The position numbers and the translations under genes are program-made. Positions 28,569-38,003 of a DNA stretch of 64,000 nucleotides are shown piece by piece; the first letter of the stretch is position 1, and every line of letters starts with the position of its first letter. Source of the stretch: Candidatus Methanospirareceae archaeon (GTDB taxonomy: Archaea; Halobacteriota; Syntropharchaeia; Alkanophagales; Methanospirareceae); assembly GCA_049975405.1 (NCBI GenBank), contig JBNGDK010000005.1, positions 156 through 64,155 of the forward strand. The letters run 5' to 3'. Under the pieces are notes generated by a model. That model worked only from the letters and a program-made list of their open reading frames with translations, was not told where the DNA came from and ran no database searches.

Positions 28569-30049
28569 AACCGTATGAACGGACGTGTGTGCACGAACTC
28601 GATATTGTGAGACGGTTCGCAGAGTGCGGGTTCCAGCTACATCCTGAAGCCCTTGCGCTGCTCACCCGCTGCAGACAGAACGCCAAAGGGGGCTGGCATT
28701 TTGACCTGAATGCGATCGCAGAAGCGGTAACGAAATCGGTGGACGCGTCAGTGTGCGTCATTTCGCCCGTTCATGTCTCGGATTTTATCAAACGTAACGG
28801 GAAGCAAGTGGAGGAGCCACTGCCCGCGGAATTGCCTATCATCCTGCGCTCATATCCCGAGCAGTGTGCAGGTGGCGAGCACAAGAACTTTTTACCGCAC
28901 TTCATTGACCGGTATGAGCGGCTCAGTGCGATACTCCAGAAACGGCTGAAGTGCACGCAGATACGGTTCTTGAAGCGCGGGACGGAACATACTGAAGATC
29001 TCACGGTAGTGGGCATGGTCTCGGCGATCAGGAAAACGGCACGGGGCAATCTACTCGTGGAATTAGAAGACCCTACCGGAAGTGTACCGGTAATCGTATC
29101 GCCTCGAGAGGAGTTCATGCTCGATGAGATCATCGGTGTAACGGGTTTTCTGGCGAAAGGTGGTTTTTTTATCGGGCATAAGATCTTCTATCCCGATGTG
29201 CCGCTGCCGAACTCGGCATTACAATCCTCGCTCCCGTCGAGCGCGGAGCAGGGAGAAAGGAATAAAAGTGTACATGCCGTATTCATTTCTGATATGCATG
29301 TGGGGAGCACGTCCTTCCTGGAAGAGGCGTGGGAATGGTTCGTCGCGTGGCTGAAGGCGGAAACTGCAGACCAGCACATCCCGTATCTTGTGGTTGCAGG
29401 CGACGTGGTGGATGGCATCGGTGTGTATCCGGGCCAGGAGGACGATTTGATGATCACGGACATCGAGGAACAATACCGGGTAGCGGCGCAGTATTTTCAC
29501 CAGTTACCGGCACATCTGCACGTTATCATCTCACCGGGCAATCACGATGCGGTACGAGGTGCAGAGCCGCAGCCGCCATTGCCCGAGTACATCAGAACCA
29601 TGTTCCCGGGTAATACGAGCTTTGTAAGCAGCCCCGCGTATATTCAACTTGGCGGGCGCCGGGTGCTGGTCTATCACGGGCAATCGTACGACGACCTGGT
29701 GAACGCAGTCCCGCGGCTCACGTATGGTAAGCCGGAGGATGCGATGGTGGAGATGCTGAAGCGGCGTCATCTCGCGCCTATCTACGGCAATTCACTCTCC
29801 ATAACGCCCCAGGAGCATGATTACGGCGTTATTGATCTCGTCCCTGATATCTTCCACTGCGGGCACACGCACACCGTGGGGCAGTTCAAATACCGGAACG
29901 TGCTGCTCATCAATTCGGGTACCTGGCAGGCGCAGACGCCGTACCAGAAGAAGCGAGACATCACCCCGGTTCCGGGCTGTGCGACGGTCGTGGATCTGCG
30001 TTCGATGCGGGTGGAAGTGCGGGATTTTGTAAGCCAGGCAGGTGCATGA
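28559..30049 (+). CDS. DNA polymerase II (PolD) small subunit DP1, the exonuclease subunit
   Basis: Calcineurin-like phosphoesterase motifs VFISDMHVGS, GDVVDG and GNHD. N-terminal domain typical of archaeal DP1. Overlaps the trx stop by 10 nt. Confidence 0.9.
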   Translation: MVVKPYERTCVHELDIVRRFAECGFQLHPEALALLTRCRQNAKGGWHFDLNAIAEAVTKSVDASVCVISPVHVSDFIKRNGKQVEEPLPAELPIILRSYPEQCAGGEHKNFLPHFIDRYERLSAILQKRLKCTQIRFLKRGTEHTEDLTVVGMVSAIRKTARGNLLVELEDPTGSVPVIVSPREEFMLDEIIGVTGFLAKGGFFIGHKIFYPDVPLPNSALQSSLPSSAEQGERNKSVHAVFISDMHVGSTSFLEEAWEWFVAWLKAETADQHIPYLVVAGDVVDGIGVYPGQEDDLMITDIEEQYRVAAQYFHQLPAHLHVIISPGNHDAVRGAEPQPPLPEYIRTMFPGNTSFVSSPAYIQLGGRRVLVYHGQSYDDLVNAVPRLTYGKPEDAMVEMLKRRHLAPIYGNSLSITPQEHDYGVIDLVPDIFHCGHTHTVGQFKYRNVLLINSGTWQAQTPYQKKRDITPVPGCATVVDLRSMRVEVRDFVSQAGA

Positions 30050-30999
30050 TCATGGCGGTTGAAGCGGTGCGGAACGGTGGCGCGAGTATCAAGAGCAGCG
30101 CGATACGGCGAGCTTTGAACTTCGTTGGTTGGGCACGTGGACGTGCATATACAGCATATGAGAAACAGCTGAAAGAAGAGATAGCCGCGCGAAAACTCCC
30201 CGAGCATGTCGCAATCATCATGGACGGCAACCGGCGGTACGCACGTAAGCTCGGGCTCTCGACGGATGAAGGGTATGATTACGGCGCGGGCATCACCGAG
30301 CGGGTGATCGAATGGTGCTTTGAATGTGGTGTGAAACAACTCACGCTCTACGCATTCTCGATCGAGAACTTTTCACGGACGGAAGATGAGCTGGAGAAGC
30401 TGTTCGAGCTCATGCGGACGAAGTTCGATAAGATCTGCGTGGACGAGCGGTTCCACAGGAACGAAGTGCACATGCGCGTGATCGGGAACATCAGCTTGCT
30501 ACCCGAATCAGTGCGAGCGGCGATACGGCGTGCAGAAGCGGCGACCGAACGTTATAATACGTTCACCTTGTTCGTGGCCGTAGCTTACAGCGGCCGCATG
30601 GAGATCGTGGATTCGATGCGGATAATTGCGCACCTTGTGGAGCGCGGGCTCCTGGCGCCTGAGGATATTGATGAAGATACGATCGCCCGGCATCTGTATA
30701 TCAGTCAGATAGCAGAAGAGACCGATGCCGCGAGTTCAGGCGCGAAGACCCCGGTGGATCTGATCATTCGCACGGGTGGCGAGTTACGGATCAGTAATTT
30801 CGTGCCCTGGCAGGCGCTGGGGAACGAGTGCACCGCTTACTTCTGCGCACCGTTCTGGCCGGAGTTCAGGCGTTTAGACCTCCTGCGAGCGATTCGCACG
30901 TACCAGGAGCGTGAGAATGAGCATTGGCACCGTTCGCATTCTCGTGTATCGCAGCTGAAGCGGCTCCTTGGTCGTGATGCGCGCTCGTCAGCGCGTTAA
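30046..30999 (+). CDS. uppS: Tritrans,polycis-undecaprenyl-diphosphate synthase (cis-prenyltransferase)
   Basis: HVAIIMDGNRRYA motif. ATGA overlap with the DP1 stop. 317 aa. Confidence 0.9.
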   Translation: MIMAVEAVRNGGASIKSSAIRRALNFVGWARGRAYTAYEKQLKEEIAARKLPEHVAIIMDGNRRYARKLGLSTDEGYDYGAGITERVIEWCFECGVKQLTLYAFSIENFSRTEDELEKLFELMRTKFDKICVDERFHRNEVHMRVIGNISLLPESVRAAIRRAEAATERYNTFTLFVAVAYSGRMEIVDSMRIIAHLVERGLLAPEDIDEDTIARHLYISQIAEETDAASSGAKTPVDLIIRTGGELRISNFVPWQALGNECTAYFCAPFWPEFRRLDLLRAIRTYQERENEHWHRSHSRVSQLKRLLGRDARSSAR

Positions 31000-31044
31000 A
31001 AACTACTTATATCTATGGATTTATAAGAACGGGGTATCGAGGAC

Positions 31045-31629
31045 ATGAGAACTTTTATCGCTGTTGATCTGTCAGACGAGATAAGGGCTCAAATCGCGAC
31101 ACTGCAGCAGGAACTCGCATCGCTGGGGCTGCAGGGCACGCTCAAATTTGTGGATCCGAAGCAGGCGCACCAGACGATCAAATTCCTCGGTGAGGTGCCT
31201 GATGAGTCGATTGAACGTATAAAAGCGGCGCTGGCCGCGATTCAGCATGAACCGTTTGAGATCAGGCTGCGTGGTGTGGGGTTCTTCCCTCATGCGGCAC
31301 CGGAGAAGGCGCGCACCATCCGGGTGATCTGGGTGGGTGTAACGGACGGCGGAGCGCAGATGAAGGCATTACAGGAGGGTGTGGAATCGGCGCTGCACGG
31401 ACTGGGCTTTCCGCCTGAGCAGCGGTTCAATGTGCACGTGACACTGTGCAGGGTAAAGAAGCCGTTCAGGTCAAAGGATGAGCTCAGTCGGGTTTTGATG
31501 AAGATTGGTGAGTTACGTGCTGCGGACCTGGGAACGATGCGAGTGGAAGCGCTGAAATTAAAGAAGAGCACCCTGACGCCCCGGGGTCCGATCTATGAAG
31601 ATCTGTATGTAAAGAGCATGGTGGGATAG
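31045..31629 (+). CDS. thpR: RNA 2',3'-cyclic phosphodiesterase (2H phosphoesterase ThpR/LigT)
   Basis: Two H-x-T/S-x motifs, HQTIKF and HVTLCR. 194 aa. Confidence 0.85.
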   Translation: MRTFIAVDLSDEIRAQIATLQQELASLGLQGTLKFVDPKQAHQTIKFLGEVPDESIERIKAALAAIQHEPFEIRLRGVGFFPHAAPEKARTIRVIWVGVTDGGAQMKALQEGVESALHGLGFPPEQRFNVHVTLCRVKKPFRSKDELSRVLMKIGELRAADLGTMRVEALKLKKSTLTPRGPIYEDLYVKSMVG

Positions 31630-31636
31630 CGAATAG

Positions 31637-33055
31637 ATGGCGAAGCCACGAAAGGCAAGCAGCAGCCTGCTGGATTTTCTGTACACGCGAGACGAGCAGC
31701 CTCGCGCAGCCGGTCATCCGGAGGAGTCTCACGGGACCGAGCGGGTACGGAAAGAAGACGAGAAGATGAATTCCGTCGGCGGGATGAAGGGACCGCGCAT
31801 ATATACGGTACAGGAGATTACTGGCAGGATACGGCATATTCTGGAGGACGACCGGGAGCTACGCGACATTTATGTAAAGGGCGAGCTCTCGAATCTCCGC
31901 CACCCGAGCTCAGGCCACCGGTACTTTACGCTCAAGGATGAATATGCTGAGATCCACTGCGTCATGTTCAAGGACGCCAGTCGCGATTTGAAGTTCGAAT
32001 TGGAAGACGGGATGAGTGTGATTATCCGCGGTCGGATCGGCGTGTACGAGAAACGAGGCAAGTATCAGTTGTATGTGGAGGAGATCCAGGAGGCGGGTTT
32101 GGGCGCGCTGTATCTGGCCTTTGAGCAGCTCAAGAAGCGGCTGAAAGCGGAGGGGCTGTTCGATGCGGCGTACAAGAAGCCGATAACCCGTTTCCCGCGC
32201 AGAATCGGGATGGTCACCTCACCCAGTGGCGCGGCCATTCGGGATATGCTGAAGGTAACGAAGAAGCGGTTCCCGCACGTCCATATCCTGCTGGCGCCCG
32301 TAGCGGTGCAGGGCGAGGGCGCATCGCTGCAGATCGCGCATGCGATCCGGATGATGAACCGGTACAGTACGGAACGGGAACGGATCGACGTGCTCATTGT
32401 GGGCCGTGGCGGCGGCTCGCTGGAAGAGTTATGGGCCTTTAATGAAGAGTGCGTGGCACGTGCGATCTTCGCATCACACATTCCGGTTATCTCGGCAGTG
32501 GGGCATGAGACGGACTTCACCATCGCGGATTTTGTCGCGGACAAGCGCGCAGCGACACCGTCAGAAGCGGCCGAAATCGTCGTCCCTGATGCTAAGGAGC
32601 TGGATCGGAATTTGCAGTCGCGGGAGCTGCAGCTACGGCAGAACGTTTACAAAGGGCTCGAGTTTTATCGTAAACGGCTGGAGTCTATGGAGAAGAATCT
32701 CCTGTTCCGAACGCCGAAAGAGCGGATCAATCAGTACCGGCAGACGATCGATGACCTGAAGCGAACGATGGTTGCGGAGCTGCGGCACCTCACGAGCCTG
32801 CACCGAAAGAGCGTGCTGGCATTTGCGGGCAGATTAGAGGCCTTGAGCCCGCTGGCGATCCTAGAGCGTGGTTACAGCATCTGCACGAAAGAGCCGGAGG
32901 GGACGCTGGTGCGCAGTGTGGATGAGCTTACAGTAGGTGATGCGCTCAAAATCCTCTTTACGGACGGCGAGGCGATCTCGGACGTAACGGAAAAGAAAAG
33001 AACAACCGGCATAGCGACGGTAGGAAACAAAAGGCGCCACGAACGACCATCGTGA
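31637..33055 (+). CDS. xseA: Exodeoxyribonuclease VII large subunit. The true start is probably an internal Met, MNSVGG or MKGPRIYT.
   Basis: OB-fold N-terminus and an XseA catalytic core (RIGVYEKRGKYQLYVEEIQ, RRIGMVTSPSGAAIRD). Confidence 0.85.
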   Translation: MAKPRKASSSLLDFLYTRDEQPRAAGHPEESHGTERVRKEDEKMNSVGGMKGPRIYTVQEITGRIRHILEDDRELRDIYVKGELSNLRHPSSGHRYFTLKDEYAEIHCVMFKDASRDLKFELEDGMSVIIRGRIGVYEKRGKYQLYVEEIQEAGLGALYLAFEQLKKRLKAEGLFDAAYKKPITRFPRRIGMVTSPSGAAIRDMLKVTKKRFPHVHILLAPVAVQGEGASLQIAHAIRMMNRYSTERERIDVLIVGRGGGSLEELWAFNEECVARAIFASHIPVISAVGHETDFTIADFVADKRAATPSEAAEIVVPDAKELDRNLQSRELQLRQNVYKGLEFYRKRLESMEKNLLFRTPKERINQYRQTIDDLKRTMVAELRHLTSLHRKSVLAFAGRLEALSPLAILERGYSICTKEPEGTLVRSVDELTVGDALKILFTDGEAISDVTEKKRTTGIATVGNKRRHERPS

Positions 33056-33076
33056 AGATCCAGCTACGTAACTTAC

Positions 33077-33370
33077 TCACTCTCGTCCGCCATACCAGTG
33101 ACTCAGTAATTCAGTCATCGCTTCTGTATCGGTCGCATCGGACGGCTCAGCCAGACCCTGCAATTGGTCGTACTTAATGGAGTATCCTTTTTTCCTAGCG
33201 CGCTTGAGTACGAGTCCTTTCAGGTCCACCGAGAGCGACTGGCCCTTGATATTCACGACGGCGTCCTGCTTAACGACGACCCACGTCTTTCCCCCATCGG
33301 TAGATTGGAGCACACCCTTCAAGTGGATCACGTTCTCGTCCCTTAACCCCTCGAAGTCTTGATCCGGCAT
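33077..33370 (-). CDS. Hypothetical 97-aa protein on the opposite strand between xseA and xseB
   Basis: ORF-track only. Beta-rich and Lys-rich. No family recognised. Confidence 0.35.
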   Translation of the reverse strand: MPDQDFEGLRDENVIHLKGVLQSTDGGKTWVVVKQDAVVNIKGQSLSVDLKGLVLKRARKKGYSIKYDQLQGLAEPSDATDTEAMTELLSHWYGGRE

Positions 33371-33530
33371 GATTCCAGGCTCGATGTTACCCGGAGACCA
33401 CTCAGGCCTCCAATCACTACGTTTATAACTATCCAGAGGGGGATATATATAACGTTATGGTGGCTGGCGGCACGCATGAAGACTTTTACTGCATCAATCG
33501 TTTCTCTTACTCAGGTATACGCGCAACAGT

Positions 33531-33797
33531 ATGGAAGGTCAGGAGCGTCAAGAAATGGTAAAGGAAGAAGGTAAAGCGATCGCGTTTGAAGCCGCGCTGA
33601 AGCGGCTGGAGGAGATAGTGGAGGCGCTGGGCGCGGGCAATCTCTCGCTGGAAGCTTCTCTGAAGATCTTCCAGGAAGGTATGGAGCTCTGCAAGCTCTG
33701 CAACAAGCAACTGGATGAGGCGGAGTATAAAGTGGAGCAGTTGATGGAGCAGGAAGGCGGGGAACTCAGTGTCGAGGGTTTCGAGGTGAACGAGTAG
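33531..33797 (+). CDS. xseB: Exodeoxyribonuclease VII small subunit
   Basis: FEAALKRLEEIVEALGAGNLSLEASLKIFQEGMEL matches the XseB helical consensus. 88 aa; a start at 33555 is possible. Confidence 0.8.
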   Translation: MEGQERQEMVKEEGKAIAFEAALKRLEEIVEALGAGNLSLEASLKIFQEGMELCKLCNKQLDEAEYKVEQLMEQEGGELSVEGFEVNE

Positions 33798-33844
33798 AAC
33801 CACTTGAAGGTACTCATTCGTTCGTTCTTTCTTTTGTTTGCCGA

Positions 33845-34408
33845 TCACTCCTTGGCGATCATGACTTCGGTGGCTTTGATGACCGCTTCCACCTCATCGC
33901 CGATGTCAATATCAAGTTCGTCAACGGCATCCTTGGTGATCAGTGCTTTGAGCACGGTGGGCGTCTCAATTTCGATACGTATAGAAGCAGCAAGCTCGCC
34001 AATCTGGACTCGTTTCACCACACCGGCGAGTTTATTCCGTGCACTGACCTTGAATTGAAGCGCTTCCCAGAGCTCTTCATCGGCCGAGAGCCCCGCTAAA
34101 TACTGCTCATAACGATCGTATTCGTGTAAGAGTCGTTTACCCTCTTCGGTCAGCTCGGAACCGCCACCGCCCTGCGCACCCCCACGGTGGGTCTTTACCA
34201 CGGGCGTCCCGATAGCATCCTCGATCTTCCGGATATGCTCCCACGCGGACCGGTAGGGCATCTCGAGCTTATCAGCAGCTTTTCGGATGGACTTGAGCTC
34301 CTCGATATCGCGGAGCAGTTGTGCCCGGCCCGTGCCCAGAATTGGCTGGCCCTGATGCACGATCCACGGCTTGAATCGCGATTCATACTTCCGCTTTGAC
34401 GCTACCAT
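33845..34408 (-). CDS. ModE-like regulator: N-terminal winged-helix plus C-terminal TOBE (molybdate/tungstate-binding Mop) domain
   Basis: C-terminal SARNKLAGVVKRVQIGELAASIRIEIE...IKATEVMIAKE is a Mop/TOBE domain. N-terminal ModE-type HTH. Confidence 0.7.
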   Translation of the reverse strand: MVASKRKYESRFKPWIVHQGQPILGTGRAQLLRDIEELKSIRKAADKLEMPYRSAWEHIRKIEDAIGTPVVKTHRGGAQGGGGSELTEEGKRLLHEYDRYEQYLAGLSADEELWEALQFKVSARNKLAGVVKRVQIGELAASIRIEIETPTVLKALITKDAVDELDIDIGDEVEAVIKATEVMIAKE

Positions 34409-34433
34409 GATAGTGAAAAGGCTGTCCGGGTTT

Positions 34434-34739
34434 TTAAACGTTGCTAGATCGGTATCGTCGCAGCGCTTTCCGCAGCGTTTTCATCTCCTGCTTCAATAGC
34501 TTCAGCTCGCTCCTTAACGTGATCAGCTGCACACCATCCACGAGATTCGCGGGCATCTCGGGTATTTTAATTGTCAGCGCGCCGTGCCGGCATATGTTGT
34601 TACAGACGCCGCAGCAGGTGCAGCGGTTGTAATCAACGACCGCCTTCTTGTCTCTAATCGCAATCGCGTTATCGGGACAGGCCGTGACGCAATCGCCACC
34701 GCCCTTGCAGACCTGTAGGTCGATTACGGGTATCCACAT
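34434..34739 (-). CDS. Small 2x[4Fe-4S]-type ferredoxin-like protein with a basic helical tail
   Basis: CKGGGDCVTACP and CTCCGVCNNIC motifs. Overlaps the mutS 3' end by 16 nt. Confidence 0.7.
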   Translation of the reverse strand: MWIPVIDLQVCKGGGDCVTACPDNAIAIRDKKAVVDYNRCTCCGVCNNICRHGALTIKIPEMPANLVDGVQLITLRSELKLLKQEMKTLRKALRRYRSSNV

Positions 34740-37351
34740 AGCTTCTTCTGCATCTCATGGAGCAGATTAAGCGCCTCAATGGGCGAGATCTGCTCGATAT
34801 TGATCGTCTTCAGCTCCTCGAGCACCGGGTGCTCCTGCAGGACGATCTCCTTCTCCACCAGCGGCGCGGGGGCGCGCTCTTCAGCGCCGGTTCCTGCCCG
34901 TACCGCTTCACGCTCCATACGCTGCAAAACCTGCCTGGCGGAGGTGATGACATCGGCAGGCAGCCCGGCGAGCTTCGCGACCTGAATCCCGTAGCTCTTG
35001 GAGCCGCGGCCCTCGACCACCTTGCGTATGAAGAAGACCTCATCAGCGACCTCCTTGATAGAGACGTTGTAACAGTGCACGCCCTCGAGCAGATCGGCCA
35101 GCTCGGTAAGCTCGTAGAAATGCGTTGCGAAGAGCGTCTTCGCCTGGATGCGCTCTGAGACGTATTCCGCGACTGCCCATGCGATACTCACGCCGTCGAC
35201 CGTGCTCGTGCCACGTCCGATCTCATCGAGCACGATCAGGCTGCGTGCGGTCGCATTATTGAGGATATTGGCCGTCTCGCTCATCTCGACCATGAACGAG
35301 CTCTGGCCCATAGAGAGGTCGTCGTAGGCGCCGACGCGGGTGAAGATACGATCGACGACCCCGATCTGCGCGTCCGCTGCGGGCACGAACGACCCGAGCT
35401 GCGCCATCAACACGATCAACGCGACCTGCCGCATGAAGGTGGACTTCCCGCTCATGTTCGGGCCCGTAATGATCATCAGCCGTACCGGCCCGCCGATGTG
35501 GACGTCATTCGGCACGAACCCTTCCCGTACCTGCTTCTCAACGACCGGGTGCCTACCTCCTGTTATGACGATCTCGTCGCTCTCGTTGACGGTGGGGCAG
35601 CAGTAGCTGTTCTCGGCCGCGACGTCCGCGAAGGCAACGAGCATATCCAGCTCCGCGATCGCATTTGCCGCTTCCTGTATCTGTTTGGCATGTCGCGCGA
35701 CCGCTTTCCGCACCTGCTCGAACAGCTCGTACTCCAGCTCCTTTATCCGCTCCTCCGCGCTCAGGGCCTTCGCCTCGTACTCCTTCAGGTCCTCCGTGAT
35801 GTACCGTTCCGCATCAGTCAGCGTCTGTTTCCGGATATAGGACTCCGGTACCTTCTCTGACCAGGTCTTCCGCACCTCGACGTAATACCCGAAGACCTTA
35901 TTGTAGCCCACCTTGAGCGATTTGATCCCGGTCCGCAGTTTCTCGTGCTCTTCGAAGTCCGCGAGCCACTGCCGGCCTTCGTGCTTGATCGTCCGCAGCT
36001 CGTCCAGCTCGCGATTGAACCTCTGCTTGATCACGCCGCCCTCTTTTACGGTAAGCGGCGGCTCATCCTGGATGCTCTGCTCGATCATTTCAACGACCTC
36101 CGCGTAGGCCGGCGACTTCAAGGCTCGCAGCGCGTCTTTGTTCTTTGTCGCGCGGCACTTCTTCAGGATGCTTTGTAGCGACTCGCAGTGCTGTAACGAG
36201 CGCTTGAGCGCGATCATATCGCGTGCATTCGCGTTACCGTAGGAGATCCGGCTGATGATCCGCTCGATATCGTGGGTCTCTTTGAAGACGTCCTTGAGCG
36301 ATTCCCGGAGCAGGATATCGTTATTATATTCACGCACCGCCTCCTGCCGCCGCTGTATCTCGGTCGTATCGAGCAAAGGGAACTGCACGCTCTTCTTCAG
36401 CAGCCGTGAGCCCATACCAGTCAGTGTTTTGTCCAGCACGCTCACGAGCGTGCCCCGTGCGGTACCGTCGCGGATATTATGAAAGAGCTCGAGGTTGCGT
36501 ATAGAGACGCTATCGAGCACCATGTAATCGGAGACGAAGAAGGTTTTGAGCGGTTTGATATGCGCAAGCACCCGTTTCTGGGTATCACGCAGATACGAGA
36601 TGACCGCGCCCGCAGCAGAGATGCCGGCCTTGAGCTCACCGCAGCCGAAGCCGTCGAGCGAGATGACCCCGAAATGGTTAATCAGGGTGGTAAACGCGGT
36701 ATTGAACTCGAAATAGTAATCGTCATACCGTGAGATGGTAGCGAGCTCCTGGTCGAGCACGGGCTCGAGCACGAGCGACTCCGGCATAATGATCTCCGCG
36801 GGCCGCACACGCTCGATCTCCGTCACCAGTGACGAATGCGTCTCATCGTCTGTAAACTCAGTCACGGCGAACTCGCCGGTGGAGACGTCCACGATCGCGA
36901 TCCCAACGAGCCCTTCGAGCAGGTTCACGCACAGCAGGTAGTTGCTGACCCGCTCCTCGAGCAGGGTATCCTCGATCACCGTCCCGGGCGTAATCAGCCG
37001 CACGACCTCGCGCCGTTCGACCTCGCCGCTTGCGGCGTCCGTGATCTGCTCGCAGATCGCGACCTTAAACCCTTTCTGGATGAGCTGCTTGATGTACGGG
37101 GTGACCGCGTGGTAGGGCACGCCGGCCATGGGCGTTTTCCGTGCTGCGCCCTTGCCCCGGCCCGTTGCGGTCAAGGTGATGTTCAGCTCGCGTGCGGCGA
37201 TCTTGGCGTCCTCACCGAAGGTCTCGTAGAAGTCACCGACCCGGAAGAGCAGGAGCGCGTCGCGGTACTTCGACTTGATCTCGTAGTACTGCTGCATCAT
37301 CGGGGTCTGCTCAGAAGCGGTGGTCATCGGGACGTTCTCAGAACAAATCAC
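34724..37351 (-). CDS. mutS: DNA mismatch repair protein MutS (bacterial MutS1 type)
   Basis: 875 aa. Walker A GPNMSGKST and full MutS domain series. The true start may be the internal MTTASEQTPMMQQY. Confidence 0.95.
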   Translation of the reverse strand: MICSENVPMTTASEQTPMMQQYYEIKSKYRDALLLFRVGDFYETFGEDAKIAARELNITLTATGRGKGAARKTPMAGVPYHAVTPYIKQLIQKGFKVAICEQITDAASGEVERREVVRLITPGTVIEDTLLEERVSNYLLCVNLLEGLVGIAIVDVSTGEFAVTEFTDDETHSSLVTEIERVRPAEIIMPESLVLEPVLDQELATISRYDDYYFEFNTAFTTLINHFGVISLDGFGCGELKAGISAAGAVISYLRDTQKRVLAHIKPLKTFFVSDYMVLDSVSIRNLELFHNIRDGTARGTLVSVLDKTLTGMGSRLLKKSVQFPLLDTTEIQRRQEAVREYNNDILLRESLKDVFKETHDIERIISRISYGNANARDMIALKRSLQHCESLQSILKKCRATKNKDALRALKSPAYAEVVEMIEQSIQDEPPLTVKEGGVIKQRFNRELDELRTIKHEGRQWLADFEEHEKLRTGIKSLKVGYNKVFGYYVEVRKTWSEKVPESYIRKQTLTDAERYITEDLKEYEAKALSAEERIKELEYELFEQVRKAVARHAKQIQEAANAIAELDMLVAFADVAAENSYCCPTVNESDEIVITGGRHPVVEKQVREGFVPNDVHIGGPVRLMIITGPNMSGKSTFMRQVALIVLMAQLGSFVPAADAQIGVVDRIFTRVGAYDDLSMGQSSFMVEMSETANILNNATARSLIVLDEIGRGTSTVDGVSIAWAVAEYVSERIQAKTLFATHFYELTELADLLEGVHCYNVSIKEVADEVFFIRKVVEGRGSKSYGIQVAKLAGLPADVITSARQVLQRMEREAVRAGTGAEERAPAPLVEKEIVLQEHPVLEELKTINIEQISPIEALNLLHEMQKKLCGYP

Positions 37352-37432
37352 GCTTTTTTCTGCTGATAAAACTTTCTTTTATTGGCGAAGGCGTAATAAG
37401 AAGGGTATCTCTTCTCCTGGTGCGAAAAGACA

Positions 37433-37476
37433 ACGAGGGAGAAAGAGAGAGGAAAAAAGAGAGAGAAAGGAAAAAA
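37433..37476 (+). repeat. 44-bp polypurine/polypyrimidine (GA)n-like tract immediately 5' of the tRNA gene
   Basis: Sequence gagggagaaagagagaggaaaaaagagagagaaaggaaaaaaggg has 100% purine on the plus strand. Confidence 0.7.
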
Positions 37477-37551
37477 GGGCCCGTGGCTTAGCACGGATAA
37501 AGCACCGGCCTTCTAAGCCGGGGATCGCGGGTTCGAATCCCGCCGGGTCCG
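37477..37551 (+). tRNA. tRNA-Arg (anticodon TCT). CCA is not encoded.
   Basis: Manual fold. Acceptor stem GGGCCCG/CGGGTCC with one G-U pair. Anticodon arm CCGGC-cTTCTAa-GCCGG. T-arm GCGGG-TTCGAAT-CCCGC. Length 75 nt. Confidence 0.85.
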
Positions 37552-37562
37552 TAATACGGGGC

Positions 37563-37693
37563 CAGACAATAAAAGGTCAGACCCCCCTTATCAACCCTCC
37601 AATAAGGGGCCGGACCCCCCTTATCAACCCTCCCAGCCAACCACTAAACGGGGCAGACCAGCATCTGTTTGGTGACAAACAACAACTTTAAAT
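37563..37693 (+). repeat. Island-boundary repeat block 1. It holds two tandem ~36-bp units with the core CCCCTTATCAACCCTCC, then a 59-bp tail with a hairpin (TGTTTGgtgaCAAACA) and a TATA-like CTTTAAAT positioned as a leaderless promoter for the next gene.
   Basis: Direct repeats with block 2 (38626-38786) at roughly 85% identity and with the unit at 42545-42578. The TATA-like box lies 24-31 nt upstream of the ATG at 37717. Confidence 0.8.
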
Positions 37694-37716
37694 CCTTGTA
37701 TCGGAAACGGACAAAT

Positions 37717-38001
37717 ATGAAAACCATTACCATTCGATTGCCGGACACGCTCGTAAAGGAACTTCCGGAAGAGGAGTCTTCACTCTCAGAAATCCTGAAA
37801 TTGGGGTTGAAGCAGATGAAGATAGAGAAAGCACTCGAGCGGTATAAAAAGGGTGGCGTATCACTGGCAAGAGTCGCGGAGTTAGCCGGTATTTCGATCC
37901 GGGAGATGATCCCTCTTGCCTATGCACATGGGTTAGAGCCCAAGTACGATGAAGCACTTCTTGAATCAGAACTCACGCCAGAAACCGCACGAACATTGTA
38001 G
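37717..38001 (+). CDS. UPF0175-family (PF03683-like) antitoxin, about 94 aa
   Basis: MKTITIRLPDTLVKEL then a helical domain. Usually paired with DUF3368 PIN-like toxins. The track ORF 37669 begins at a TTG inside the repeat, so the start is moved to the ATG at 37717. Confidence 0.6.
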   Translation: MKTITIRLPDTLVKELPEEESSLSEILKLGLKQMKIEKALERYKKGGVSLARVAELAGISIREMIPLAYAHGLEPKYDEALLESELTPETARTL

Positions 38002-38003
38002 CA

